From: Candidatus Bathyarchaeia archaeon
GTDB taxonomy: Archaea > Thermoproteota > CALKCG01 > B24
Length of the DNA: 64,000 nucleotides
NCBI GenBank assembly: GCA_038870975.1
Contig: JAVZJD010000002.1
Location: forward strand, 288,001-352,000
Direction: 5' to 3'
This document shows, one piece after another, positions 40,280 through 49,524 of the stretch. Position 1 is the stretch's first letter. Every line of letters begins with the position of its first letter. The notes beneath the pieces were generated by a model. That model was not told the origin of the DNA, did not search any database, and was given only the letters and a program-made list of their open reading frames with translations. The translations under genes and the position numbers were made by a program.

Positions 40280-40928
40280 AATATTTCATCCACCTTAAAC
40301 TAATATGAATAATCCATTAATAAAGTTGTCTTTCGCCTCTCAAGTATAAAGTAATTAACAAGGCCATTAGAAGCAGTTAAATCAATCCTAGTTTGCACTA
40401 TTTGGTAAACTTTTACATGGTTGAATATTCAGAAACGTACAACTGAAATGATTAATGATAGGGCTATTTACGTTTATTTGCCGTCGCTTGAGATGAGTGA
40501 TGATTAGAAGGCGATGAGAGAGGAAAATACCGATAGATATCTTCCTTGAGGGAGAGCTGCTTGATGAGCCTGAGGAACTCGAAAGGTACGGAAAGCGCTT
40601 GTACAGCTCTATAAGAGGGGCTTCACGGTCAAGTTCATGGAGGCTTAGACTCAGCGTAGGAGGATGCCCTCCAGCAACCTTAAACGAAGCATTGTTGGGG
40701 CATTTCACGAACTGGACGTAGTACATCTCAAAACTTTGAAGTCAGGTAAAGAGAAAAGCGTTTTCAACTTTACATCTACTCTAGGGCTTTAGACGCACAA
40801 GCATGCCAATGAATTGTAAAACGCTCGAATCTAAACTGCGTCTTCTACCCATAAGCTTCAAAGAAGGGATGAAAGGTAAAATATGCTGAACTTAAATTTC
40901 TGTTAACGTCGTCAGAAATAGAGTGGAG

Positions 40929-41216
40929 TTACATTCCATGCATGAGCAGGTACAATAAGTTATATGTCAATGTCAGGTCGTTTTTGGCGCCTTCCACGCT
41001 TTTAGCACCAACACTTATCATCTCGCCAGAACCGAACAACGTAGCCCTACCCTTCATACCTTCGATTTTCACGTAAGCACACTTGTACTTGGGATATCTT
41101 CTATTGAGCTTAACGCATTCTGGGAAATCGCGGGCTAGACGTTTAAGGTCTATTTTAAACGATAAGCTACACGTAGCCACGACGCTCACTATTTTGACGT
41201 CTACTATGTTCGCTAT
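40929..41216 (-). CDS. Single-repeat TATA-binding-protein (TBP) domain protein
   Basis: VKIVSVVATCSLSFKIDLKRLA..ATLFGSGEMISVGAKSVE matches one TBP repeat; GTG 41189 or ATA 41216 start. Confidence 0.7.
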   Translation of the reverse strand: MANIVDVKIVSVVATCSLSFKIDLKRLARDFPECVKLNRRYPKYKCAYVKIEGMKGRATLFGSGEMISVGAKSVEGAKNDLTLTYNLLYLLMHGM

Positions 41217-41324
41217 TCACAGATGCTCCCCTTGGCCTTAAATTTAAACGTTAAATCGAACTTTGCGTTATAGTAGACTTTAAGTATTCAACTCTCATCA
41301 GTATGTCTATAGTCCTAGAAGAGA

Positions 41325-41508
41325 CTAGGGTAGACAGGTCCTACAACCTTCGAGCATTTCCTCGGCAGAAGACCAGTACCGTTTCCCTTAACTCACTCAA
41401 GGTACTTGAGAAAATAGTAAACATAGTTCTTAGCGGTCTTAGGGTTTAGGTCTGAAGCCACTTTCTGACATAATCTTCACCATCTCCAAGCTCTCTCAAC
41501 TTCTGTAA
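41325..41508 (-). pseudogene. Possible tyrosine-integrase N-terminal remnant
   Basis: Frameshifted pieces DYVRKWLQT / LNPKTAKNYVYYFLKYLE*VKG / RYWSSAEEMLE directly 3' of tRNA-Lys. Confidence 0.4.
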
Positions 41509-41572
41509 GGCAAATCAAGCACCGAGAAAAGGAAAACAAGCCTTATTCAAATTCGTCTAACCCGTGGTATAG

Positions 41573-41646
41573 CGGGCCCGGGGGGAATCGAACCCCCGAC
41601 CAACAGGTTAAGAGCCTGCCGCTCTACCGTTCTGAGCTACGGGCCC
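41573..41646 (-). tRNA. tRNA-Lys(CTT)
   Basis: GGGCCCGTAGCTCAGAACGGTAGAGCGGCAGGCT CTT AACCTGTTGGTCGGGGGTTCGATTCCCCCCGGGCCCG. Confidence 0.97.
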
Positions 41647-41772
41647 TCGACTCTATTGAGAGAATGTTTCTTATTTTAAATTTTCGGTTTTAGTATTCAG
41701 TGGGAGGATTTTAGGTGGTTGATAACATTTAAATTCTTGGTCAAGCCATTAGATTAGGCTTGAGGGGACTTC

Positions 41773-43053
41773 TTGGGCACCTTGATCGATGCTACTAGAA
41801 GAGGAGTTATTACGGAAGAGGTTAGAGCCGTCGCTGAAGCTGAGCGTATCACTGCTGAAAAGATTAGAGATCGTGTTGCAAGAGGTCTTATAGTAATACC
41901 GAGAAACGTTTCTCATAGAGCTAGACCTGTAGGTATTGGACAAGGCTTAACTGTCAAAATCAATACGAATATTGGTACATCGCAGGACTTTTGTGATCCA
42001 GATCTTGAATTAAGAAAGGCGAAACTTGCAATTAAACTCGGCTCCGACACATTGATGGATCTATCCACCGGGGAAGACCTAAACATTGTAAGGAATAGAA
42101 TATTAAAAGAAGTGGATGCACCTCTAGGTACAGTCCCCATATATCAAGCATTTATAGAAGCTCTTAGAAAGAATAAGAGCATTCCAGATGTAACTGAAGA
42201 TGATATGTTTAACACAATAGAGAGACACCTTAGAGATGGTGTTGATTTCATAACTGTACACTGTGGGGTCACATTAGAGGCTGTTAAACTTTTAACTAAA
42301 AGCAGAAGAATTATGCCGATGGTTAGTAGGGGTGGATGTTTCCATAGTGCATGGGTTATGTCTAGAGGTGAGGAAAACCCACTTTATAAGAATTTTCAAT
42401 ATCTGCTTGAGCTTGCTAGGGAGTATGATGCATGCTTAAGTTTAGGTGATGCGTTGAGGCCGGGTTGTATTGCAGACTCCTTCGATAACCTAATGAATAT
42501 GGAGCTTCTAACAGTAGCTAGACTTGTGGAAGAAGCTAGGGAGAAGGGAGTTCAATGTATGGTTGAAGGGCCTGGACATATGCCTCTAGATCAAATACCA
42601 ATCAACGTGAAAATGGAGAAGTACCTGTGTAAAGGAGCCCCGTATTACGTTCTAGGGCCAATACCGACAGATACAGCAACATCTTACGACCATATAGCAG
42701 CTGCAATAGGTGGAGCCGTAGCAGCCATTGCTGGCGCAGATTTTCTATGCGTAGTAACACCTGCGGAACATTTAGCACTTCCAAAACTTGAAGACATAGA
42801 GGAAGGAGTTATCTCCGCTAAAATAGCTGGGCATGTTGCGGATATCGTTAGACTTGGTGAAAGAGCATCGAATATAGATTTGGACATGGCTCGGGCTAGG
42901 TCTAGACTAGATTGGAAAACTCAGATAAAATTGTCAGTGAATCCCGAAAAGGCTGAAGCCATCCATGAGTCTGGTAAATCCTCTTCAGGTGCATGTAGCA
43001 TGTGTGGGCCCTATTGTGCCTTAAAAATAATGAGTAGATACATGGAGCGGTGA
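41773..43053 (+). CDS. thiC: Phosphomethylpyrimidine synthase ThiC
   Basis: KINTNIGTS, MDLSTG, TVHCG, SRGG, LSLGDALRPG, EGPGH, CSMCGPYC; adjacent to thiDN. Confidence 0.94.
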   Translation: MGTLIDATRRGVITEEVRAVAEAERITAEKIRDRVARGLIVIPRNVSHRARPVGIGQGLTVKINTNIGTSQDFCDPDLELRKAKLAIKLGSDTLMDLSTGEDLNIVRNRILKEVDAPLGTVPIYQAFIEALRKNKSIPDVTEDDMFNTIERHLRDGVDFITVHCGVTLEAVKLLTKSRRIMPMVSRGGCFHSAWVMSRGEENPLYKNFQYLLELAREYDACLSLGDALRPGCIADSFDNLMNMELLTVARLVEEAREKGVQCMVEGPGHMPLDQIPINVKMEKYLCKGAPYYVLGPIPTDTATSYDHIAAAIGGAVAAIAGADFLCVVTPAEHLALPKLEDIEEGVISAKIAGHVADIVRLGERASNIDLDMARARSRLDWKTQIKLSVNPEKAEAIHESGKSSSGACSMCGPYCALKIMSRYMER

Positions 43054-43059
43054 AAAATA

Positions 43060-44433
43060 TTGGCTGAGCTGAAGGTAGAGCATAGGGCTTTAAGTATAGC
43101 GGGTTCTGACAGTTCAGCTGGCGCTGGGGTACAGGCTGATTTAAAGACTTTCTCAGCTTTAGGGGTTTACGGTTTAACGGTTATTACGTGTGTAACCGCT
43201 CAGAACACACAAGGCGTCTACAGAGTTTGTCCTCTACCGTCAAAATTAATTGAAGCCCAGTATAGAGCAGTATTCGAAGATATCGGTTTTGATTCTGTTA
43301 AAACAGGGCTACTACCTTCAAAGCCTATCGTGGAGAAGGTCGTTAAGCTACTTGAGAAAAACGATAAGCCTATCGTGGTAGACCCTGTATACGTGGCTGG
43401 GACGGGGTTTAAACTTACATCAGAAGACGCTTATAAGGCTATTATTGAAAAACTCATACCGATAGCCACAGTTGTAACACCGAATGTTAACGAAGCATCT
43501 AAAATAGTCGGTTTTAAAATTGAAAGTGTCGATTATGCTGAGAAAGCCGCTAAAGTGATAGCATCCTATGGTCCAAAGGCTGTGGTTGTTAAAGGTGGAC
43601 ATTTAAAAGAGGGGCCCATAGATGTAGTTTTTTGCGACGGGGAAATTATTAAACTCATCGGCTCTAGGGTTGAAGGGACATTTCACGGGGCGGGATGTTG
43701 TTTTTCAGCCGCTATAGCAGCTTGGCTTGCTAAGGGACAAAATCTTCAAGAAGCTATTAAGAAGGCTAAAAGCTTCGTAGAGAATGCTATAGTTCACCAT
43801 CATTCTATTGGTTTAGGCATTAAACCAGTCAATCCTACAGCGTTCCTGCATATGGATGCTGAAAAGTGGGATGTCATTATGAATGTTAAATCTGCTGTTA
43901 AACTTTTGGAGGAAAAACCCATTGTTTCAAAACTTATACCTGAAACTTCATCAAACTTAGTTATGGCATTAAGTTATGCGAGGAGCCTTTCCGAAGTGGC
44001 TGGAATACCTGGTAGAATAGTTAGAATCCAAGATAGAGTTAAAGCGGTTATGGAGCCCAGCTTCGGTGTTTCACGACATGTGGCCTCGACTGTTCTAACG
44101 GCTATGAGGTTTAATCCAGCTGTAAGAGCTGGTATGAACATAAGGATGGAGAGACGTATACTTGAGGTATGTCAAAAACTTGGATTCAAAATTTCAAGTT
44201 ACGATAGGAGACTTGAGCCTATTGAAATTAAAACAAGAGAAGGACTAACGACGAGTTGGGGCGCTGAGCAGGCGATCAAAGCCTTGAGTGGAAAAGTTCC
44301 AGATATTATATACCATGATGGAGATTGGGGTAAAGAGCCCATGATAACTGTCTTAGGTGTAGATGCTTTAGACGTAGCATTAAAGGTAATTAAGATTGCT
44401 GAAGCTTTAGAATCCCATTTTAGTGTAGAATAG
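43060..44433 (+). CDS. thiD: Bifunctional HMP/HMP-P kinase / thiamine-phosphate synthase ThiDN
   Basis: IAGSDSSAGAGVQADLKT, TPNVNEA, HGAGC; ThiN domain LIPE..SN, SRHVA, GDWGKEPM. Confidence 0.94.
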   Translation: MAELKVEHRALSIAGSDSSAGAGVQADLKTFSALGVYGLTVITCVTAQNTQGVYRVCPLPSKLIEAQYRAVFEDIGFDSVKTGLLPSKPIVEKVVKLLEKNDKPIVVDPVYVAGTGFKLTSEDAYKAIIEKLIPIATVVTPNVNEASKIVGFKIESVDYAEKAAKVIASYGPKAVVVKGGHLKEGPIDVVFCDGEIIKLIGSRVEGTFHGAGCCFSAAIAAWLAKGQNLQEAIKKAKSFVENAIVHHHSIGLGIKPVNPTAFLHMDAEKWDVIMNVKSAVKLLEEKPIVSKLIPETSSNLVMALSYARSLSEVAGIPGRIVRIQDRVKAVMEPSFGVSRHVASTVLTAMRFNPAVRAGMNIRMERRILEVCQKLGFKISSYDRRLEPIEIKTREGLTTSWGAEQAIKALSGKVPDIIYHDGDWGKEPMITVLGVDALDVALKVIKIAEALESHFSVE

Positions 44434-46149
44434 ACCCACAGATTCTTCTACAAATTCACTATCTATGTAGCCTAGAGGAGAAACCGTTTCACATATTCTC
44501 TTAGCCAGTTTTAAACCGCTGATCTTAAATCCCTCTCTCATTTTAAACCTATTCTTATCTCTAAGAATATCCAACCCCAATCTTATGAGTTCAGCAGAAC
44601 TAAATCCATAGCCAACCGATTTTAACGTCTCCTCCACCAATGTCGGATTATATATTCCTCTAGCGAAAAAGCAGACTACTAGACTTGAAAGAATTTGACG
44701 CCACGATTCTTCCTCCAGCAGGTAGTCGGCAACTTCTTCCACAGATGGTTTTCTTTTCTCCTTTAGAAGCTTTTGATCCAAGCTATAGCCAGCTGAATCT
44801 AAATGACTATGTCTAGCACCAGTTAGAAATCCTATATGAGTTGCTGGACCAGTATGATAACCTGGCATTTCATTTCCACCGAATGATAGAGCGTAGTCGC
44901 TCCCGCCGTATTTATTCGAAGCATAGAATACACCCATTGAAAGATCCCTGTAGAACTCCGTCGGTTGCTCTACAATAGCCCTCATTAATCTGAGGTATGT
45001 TCCCCAATCACCCCATTTAGGCTTTAAACCTGCTGTTTCAGTTTCAGAAATCAAATTTTTCTCAAATGCCTCAGTCATCCATGCTAAAACTACGCCGGTG
45101 GATATCGCGTCGATTCCTAAAACCTCAACCTCATGGAAGAGTTTGAGCATACCCTTCGTGTCGGATATACCGAGCATAGAGCCTAGAGCATAAATTAATT
45201 CGTAATCGTAGGATATCATGGTAGTCTTGTAGAAGTACGGCTCATCTTCATATGGTTCTCTCAAAGCTGCTAAATGTATACAAGCAACAGGGCAGTGACT
45301 ACATGCAACTCTACGCCCCAGATAGTTCTCAGCAAGAAATTCACCTGAGATTTTTTCAGCGCCTTCGAACTTAGCCTCTTTAAGGTTTCTAGTTGGGAGT
45401 CCTCCTATTTCATTTAATGGAGAAACATTCATAGAGGTTCCAATATCGTGGTACTTACGCATAATCGCAGTTTTAGTAGCTGCATTGAATATTTCGTCGT
45501 ATAGAGTTCTATAAAGTTTAGCGTCTTTAACCAGTATTACGCCTCTTCCTGATACTACCAACGCTTTTAACTTCTTACTACCGAAGACTGCGCCAAGACC
45601 CAATCTACCGAAGTGTCTATAAGTTTCTGTTGTCACACATGCATATCTAACCAATTTTTCGCCAGCAACTCCTATACGCATTATAGATCTAATACCAGCA
45701 TCAGGTTCTCTCTCCCGTATAACTCTTCCAACCGTAAGACTACTTCCAACACCCCACAAACCTGAGGCATCTCTGAAGAAGACCCTTTCACCGTGAACTG
45801 CTACGTAGATCGGAGTTTCACTAGCCCCTTTAATAACTATAGCATCGTATCCTGCTGACCTTATCGCGATAGCGCTTCTACCGCCTGCATGACTTTCGCC
45901 GAGATTTCCGGTTAAAGGCGACTTAAATAACGCAATTGTCTTAGAAGCCATAGGGTATAAACCTGTGAGAGGACCAACAGCGAAAATTATGACGTTTTCA
46001 GGTCCAAGAGGGTCTGCACCCTTTGGCAACTCTTCCTCTAAGAGTTTTATACCAACGCCGACCCCTCCAATTCTATCGGCGAATAGTTCACATTTATCAA
46101 TCCAGCTTCGTTTTCTAGATAGGTCTATGTAGAGAATCCTTCCATTCAT
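44407..46149 (-). CDS. Aldehyde:ferredoxin oxidoreductase family (W/Mo) catalytic subunit
   Basis: KSPLTG..ESHAGG, GYDAIVIKG, GRLGLGAVFGSKKLKA, CSHCPVAC. Confidence 0.92.
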   Translation of the reverse strand: MNGRILYIDLSRKRSWIDKCELFADRIGGVGVGIKLLEEELPKGADPLGPENVIIFAVGPLTGLYPMASKTIALFKSPLTGNLGESHAGGRSAIAIRSAGYDAIVIKGASETPIYVAVHGERVFFRDASGLWGVGSSLTVGRVIREREPDAGIRSIMRIGVAGEKLVRYACVTTETYRHFGRLGLGAVFGSKKLKALVVSGRGVILVKDAKLYRTLYDEIFNAATKTAIMRKYHDIGTSMNVSPLNEIGGLPTRNLKEAKFEGAEKISGEFLAENYLGRRVACSHCPVACIHLAALREPYEDEPYFYKTTMISYDYELIYALGSMLGISDTKGMLKLFHEVEVLGIDAISTGVVLAWMTEAFEKNLISETETAGLKPKWGDWGTYLRLMRAIVEQPTEFYRDLSMGVFYASNKYGGSDYALSFGGNEMPGYHTGPATHIGFLTGARHSHLDSAGYSLDQKLLKEKRKPSVEEVADYLLEEESWRQILSSLVVCFFARGIYNPTLVEETLKSVGYGFSSAELIRLGLDILRDKNRFKMREGFKISGLKLAKRICETVSPLGYIDSEFVEESVGLFYTKMGF

Positions 46150-46559
46150 TATTTTCCCACCTCTTCGAACGCAAGAATCCTATAGGGGCAGTAGTTCACA
46201 CAATAGCCACAATATAGACATACTATAGGCTTATTAAGCTCATAGTTCCAGAATATTGCTCCAAATGGACATGCATCTCTGCAGTGTCCACATCCGATAC
46301 ATTTATCTGTGTTTAGTCTAACTCCACCCCCCTCCCGAACGATTAAAGCGCCAGTAGGACAGACCTTCTGACAGGGTGGGTCTGGACAGGCTCTACATAC
46401 GATGACAGTAAAGCCCCTTTCGATCCCACCAGTCGATTTAACGAGTATTGCTGAAAAACCTAAGCCTCCATATCCAAGCCTCCTAGTACATGCAAACATA
46501 CAAAGCTGACAACCTACGCAACGCTCACTATCGATTACGGATATTCTTTTAGCACACAT
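46149..46559 (-). CDS. Multi-4Fe-4S ferredoxin subunit of the AOR-family enzyme
   Basis: CVGCQLC..C, CRAC..PC..VCP, CIGCGHCRDACP, CLYCGYCVNYCP. Confidence 0.92.
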   Translation of the reverse strand: MCAKRISVIDSERCVGCQLCMFACTRRLGYGGLGFSAILVKSTGGIERGFTVIVCRACPDPPCQKVCPTGALIVREGGGVRLNTDKCIGCGHCRDACPFGAIFWNYELNKPIVCLYCGYCVNYCPYRILAFEEVGK

Positions 46560-46671
46560 ACTGCAGATTTTCCTGAGGAACGTATTATTAAGCCTTTGCA
46601 TGGTTTATTGAAAAAACAGGTGGAGGATAAAATTCATAAACTTCCTTCTATGTAGCATATATTCGAGTCCC

Positions 46672-46902
46672 ATGAATATTGCTTTCGTACTTATAAATAC
46701 TGAAATCGGTCTCGAAGAAACTACTCTTAAAAGATTGAGGAAAATAAAGAATGTAAAAGAGGCGTTTATTGTGTACGGCGTATACGACATAATTGCAAAA
46801 GTAGAGGCGAAGGATTTAGAGGAATTGAGGGAGATAGTATCCACCCATATAAGGCGAGTTGAAGGCATAAGGTCAACTGTAACGCTTATAGTTATCTCTT
46901 AA
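46672..46902 (+). CDS. Stand-alone Lrp/AsnC ligand-binding domain protein
   Basis: AFVLIN..VYGVYDIIAKV..IRRVEGIRSTVTLI. Confidence 0.92.
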   Translation: MNIAFVLINTEIGLEETTLKRLRKIKNVKEAFIVYGVYDIIAKVEAKDLEELREIVSTHIRRVEGIRSTVTLIVIS

Positions 46903-46929
46903 AGTCTTTTCTTATAGACTGGTGTTTAA

Positions 46930-48192
46930 ATGGCAAAGCGAATTATAAGTACCTACTACGGTGATAAAAGGAGAAGTTTTAAAGTAGATGAAGGTAGAAT
47001 TCTGGATATCATAGAACCACGTCGCATAAAACCTAGTAAATCTCTAGATGCCATGATTATTGAGTCTCTAAAGAAGGCCAGAGGAGGAATGAGGATCAAA
47101 GACTACGTTAAACCAGATACAACTGTCACCATAATTTCCGAGGACAATACAAGGGTATGTCCCGTAAGTAGAATACTTCCCTATGTATTAGCCGAATTGA
47201 AAGAAGCGGGTGTAAAAGCTGAAAACATTAAGATAGTAATGGCTTTGGGGACTCATAGACCTATGACCAAGGAAGAACTTGAGAATAAACTTGGAAAAGA
47301 AATAGTGGAAGAATATGAGGTGATAAACCATATTTGGAAGAATGAAGATGATCTTATCGAGATAGGTCTATCAAATTCAGGAACACCCGTGAAAGTCAAT
47401 AAGCACGTACTAAACGCAGAGTTTAAGATAGGTATTGGCAATGTTATTCCACATAGAGTTTCCGGATACTCTGGTGGCGCTAAGATTATTCAACCAGGTA
47501 TATGTGGAGCTGAGATCACTGGAGAAACACATTGGAAGGCCGCTTTGACACCCATAGAAAAGATGCTGGGGGTTGTTGAAAACCCCGTGCGATGGGAAAT
47601 GGAAAACATTGCCGCTAAAGTTGGTTTAAATGCTATAGTAAACACGGTATTGAATGGAAATAAAGAAGTCGTCTCCGTTGTATTCGGAAATTATGTTAAA
47701 GCCCACAGGGAGGCAGTCAATATTGCAGATTCGATTTACAAATTTAAATCAATGGAGGCCGATATAGTCGTAGTAGATAGCCATCCGGCAGATTTGGATA
47801 TGTGGCAAGCTGTTAAAGCTCTCTTCCCAGCGGCTTTAGCCGTCAAAAGAGGAGGAATCATAATCTTTCTAACACCATGCCCTGAAGGTGTTGCAAAGGA
47901 ACATCCTGAAGTTGAAAAGCTCGGTTATATACCCATATCCACTATGAAGAAGATGGTTGAAGATGGAACGATGGACGACCTTATAGCTGCCGCGCACATT
48001 GTTATGGTTAGAGAGGTCTTAGATAAAGCTAAGTGCATATTAGTTTCAGATGGTATAAGTAGAAGTTTAGCATATGGGCTTGGTTTCGATTATGCTGATG
48101 ATCTGCAAGAAGCAGTGGATGAAGCTTTGAGGGAAAAACCAGATGGCAAAATGCTAATCATGCGTATGGGCGCTGAACTCACCCTAGGTTAA
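46930..48192 (+). CDS. larA: LarA-family nickel-pincer-dependent racemase/epimerase
   Basis: DNTR..P, ALGTHRP, NH, PH..SGYSGGAK..PG, QAVKAL, CPEG. Confidence 0.88.
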   Translation: MAKRIISTYYGDKRRSFKVDEGRILDIIEPRRIKPSKSLDAMIIESLKKARGGMRIKDYVKPDTTVTIISEDNTRVCPVSRILPYVLAELKEAGVKAENIKIVMALGTHRPMTKEELENKLGKEIVEEYEVINHIWKNEDDLIEIGLSNSGTPVKVNKHVLNAEFKIGIGNVIPHRVSGYSGGAKIIQPGICGAEITGETHWKAALTPIEKMLGVVENPVRWEMENIAAKVGLNAIVNTVLNGNKEVVSVVFGNYVKAHREAVNIADSIYKFKSMEADIVVVDSHPADLDMWQAVKALFPAALAVKRGGIIIFLTPCPEGVAKEHPEVEKLGYIPISTMKKMVEDGTMDDLIAAAHIVMVREVLDKAKCILVSDGISRSLAYGLGFDYADDLQEAVDEALREKPDGKMLIMRMGAELTLG

Positions 48193-48213
48193 ATCAAACT
48201 TTATGCTTTTATT

Positions 48214-49374
48214 TCACTTACTGTGGATTTCAACAACATAGCCATCTTCAACTGAGTAGTTTAAACCTACTTTTAAGCCCTTAATACTTTCACTCCAAAT
48301 TCTAGCGTATTTAAACTTATCAAATAATTCTCTATGGATGCTTTTAGCAACATCGCCGACCGTAGCACCCTTTCTTAAAACTATGGGCTTGGGATCTGGT
48401 TTAGCACGTCCAGGAGGCTTGGTGTATATTCTTATTAGACCCAGCGTTTCAATTAACGCGGGTCCAATATTATCCAATCCAATCCCTGAAACGCATGAAA
48501 CTGGTACGACTTTAAATCCGTCCACGTGTTTTAGGAGAGTATTAAGGTTTTCTTGAGACCCTGAAACGTCCATCTTGTTAACTACTATGATGGTAGGCTT
48601 GTAAATGGTAGCGCCGAAAATAGCATCTTCAATATCTTCTATTGATACCTCACCATTGAGTTTTACGAAGACGGATTTAAAACCATAATCTGTTAGAAGC
48701 AGTTTAACGTCTTCAAATGAGCAATCGATGAGTTTTCCTCCCCCGCCTATAGTTATGACTCCAGTGGATTTGCGTACAATTTCTACACGTCCTTTGGGCT
48801 TTCTTAACGATATTTTCGAATTTTCAAGCTCTCTGGTGAGAGCTTGTAACTGCTCAATTGGGTTTCTAGATGCATCTATTACTAACATTAAACCATCGGC
48901 ATTTCTGATGATATTCATCGTCTTTAAACCGTAACGTTTTCCCTCGAATCCACCCTCCGGTAAAGCTGGTAGTTCTACTAGTTGAAAATCTACTCCCTCG
49001 TAATGGAAAGTCCCTACCAGTGGAAAAGTAGTTGTGTATGGAATATCGCTGATAAGAGGTTTGGCATTCGTTAAAACGGATAATAGGCTACTTTTACCTA
49101 CATTAGTTAAACCGAAAATCCCGATTTGTACATCACCAGTCTTTTCAACGGTAAACATGTCTTTAACGGTCTTCTTCCTTCTCTTCTTAGCTTCAAGCTC
49201 CTCTTCTAAAGACAGAATTTTTCTTTTAACATTGACTATGAGTTTAGCTGTACCCTTATGCTTAGGACAAATCGATAAAAACTCCTTCATAAGTCTGATC
49301 TTATCTTCGATGCTTCTAGCAGCTACGACTTCAGCCCACTTGCTCTTAGCTTTGTCCGGGAGGTTAGTAACCAT
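48214..49374 (-). CDS. DRG/OBG-family GTPase with TGS domain
   Basis: MVTNLP, PKHKGT, GLTNVGKSSL, PYTT, NKMD, IRIYTK..FKYARIW. Confidence 0.92.
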   Translation of the reverse strand: MVTNLPDKAKSKWAEVVAARSIEDKIRLMKEFLSICPKHKGTAKLIVNVKRKILSLEEELEAKKRRKKTVKDMFTVEKTGDVQIGIFGLTNVGKSSLLSVLTNAKPLISDIPYTTTFPLVGTFHYEGVDFQLVELPALPEGGFEGKRYGLKTMNIIRNADGLMLVIDASRNPIEQLQALTRELENSKISLRKPKGRVEIVRKSTGVITIGGGGKLIDCSFEDVKLLLTDYGFKSVFVKLNGEVSIEDIEDAIFGATIYKPTIIVVNKMDVSGSQENLNTLLKHVDGFKVVPVSCVSGIGLDNIGPALIETLGLIRIYTKPPGRAKPDPKPIVLRKGATVGDVAKSIHRELFDKFKYARIWSESIKGLKVGLNYSVEDGYVVEIHSK

Positions 49375-49524
49375 CTAATTATCAAAGGAAGATAGCATCT
49401 ATAAAAGTTTCAAAAGCTAAACTTGGCTTAAAAATCCATTAATTAATAGATGAGCGGAGTAAAATTTTGGAAAAACTTAAATGTTGCACACTTCTGAAAT
49501 TAACCTCGAATTCAGTGACCGTCA

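Larger units (their letters stand above)
28305..41572. mobile_element. Probable degenerate genomic island at the tRNA-Lys 3' end
   Basis: Resolvase at one end, tRNA-Lys plus integrase-like relic at the other, pseudogenes, PaREP1, AT-rich ccdA segment; no att duplication found. Confidence 0.5.

Noticed and set aside
40388-40738. 112-aa minus ORF and plus-strand coding-like fragments (RKIPIDIFLEGELLDEPEEL..)
   Set aside because: The minus ORF looks like a shadow; the plus fragments are broken and match no family I recognise
41647-41772. TPP riboswitch upstream of thiC
   Set aside because: Spacer is short, shared with the tRNA promoter, and lacks the aptamer motifs
41773-43053. BzaA/B/F instead of ThiC
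   Set aside because: Direct coupling to thiDN favours ThiC
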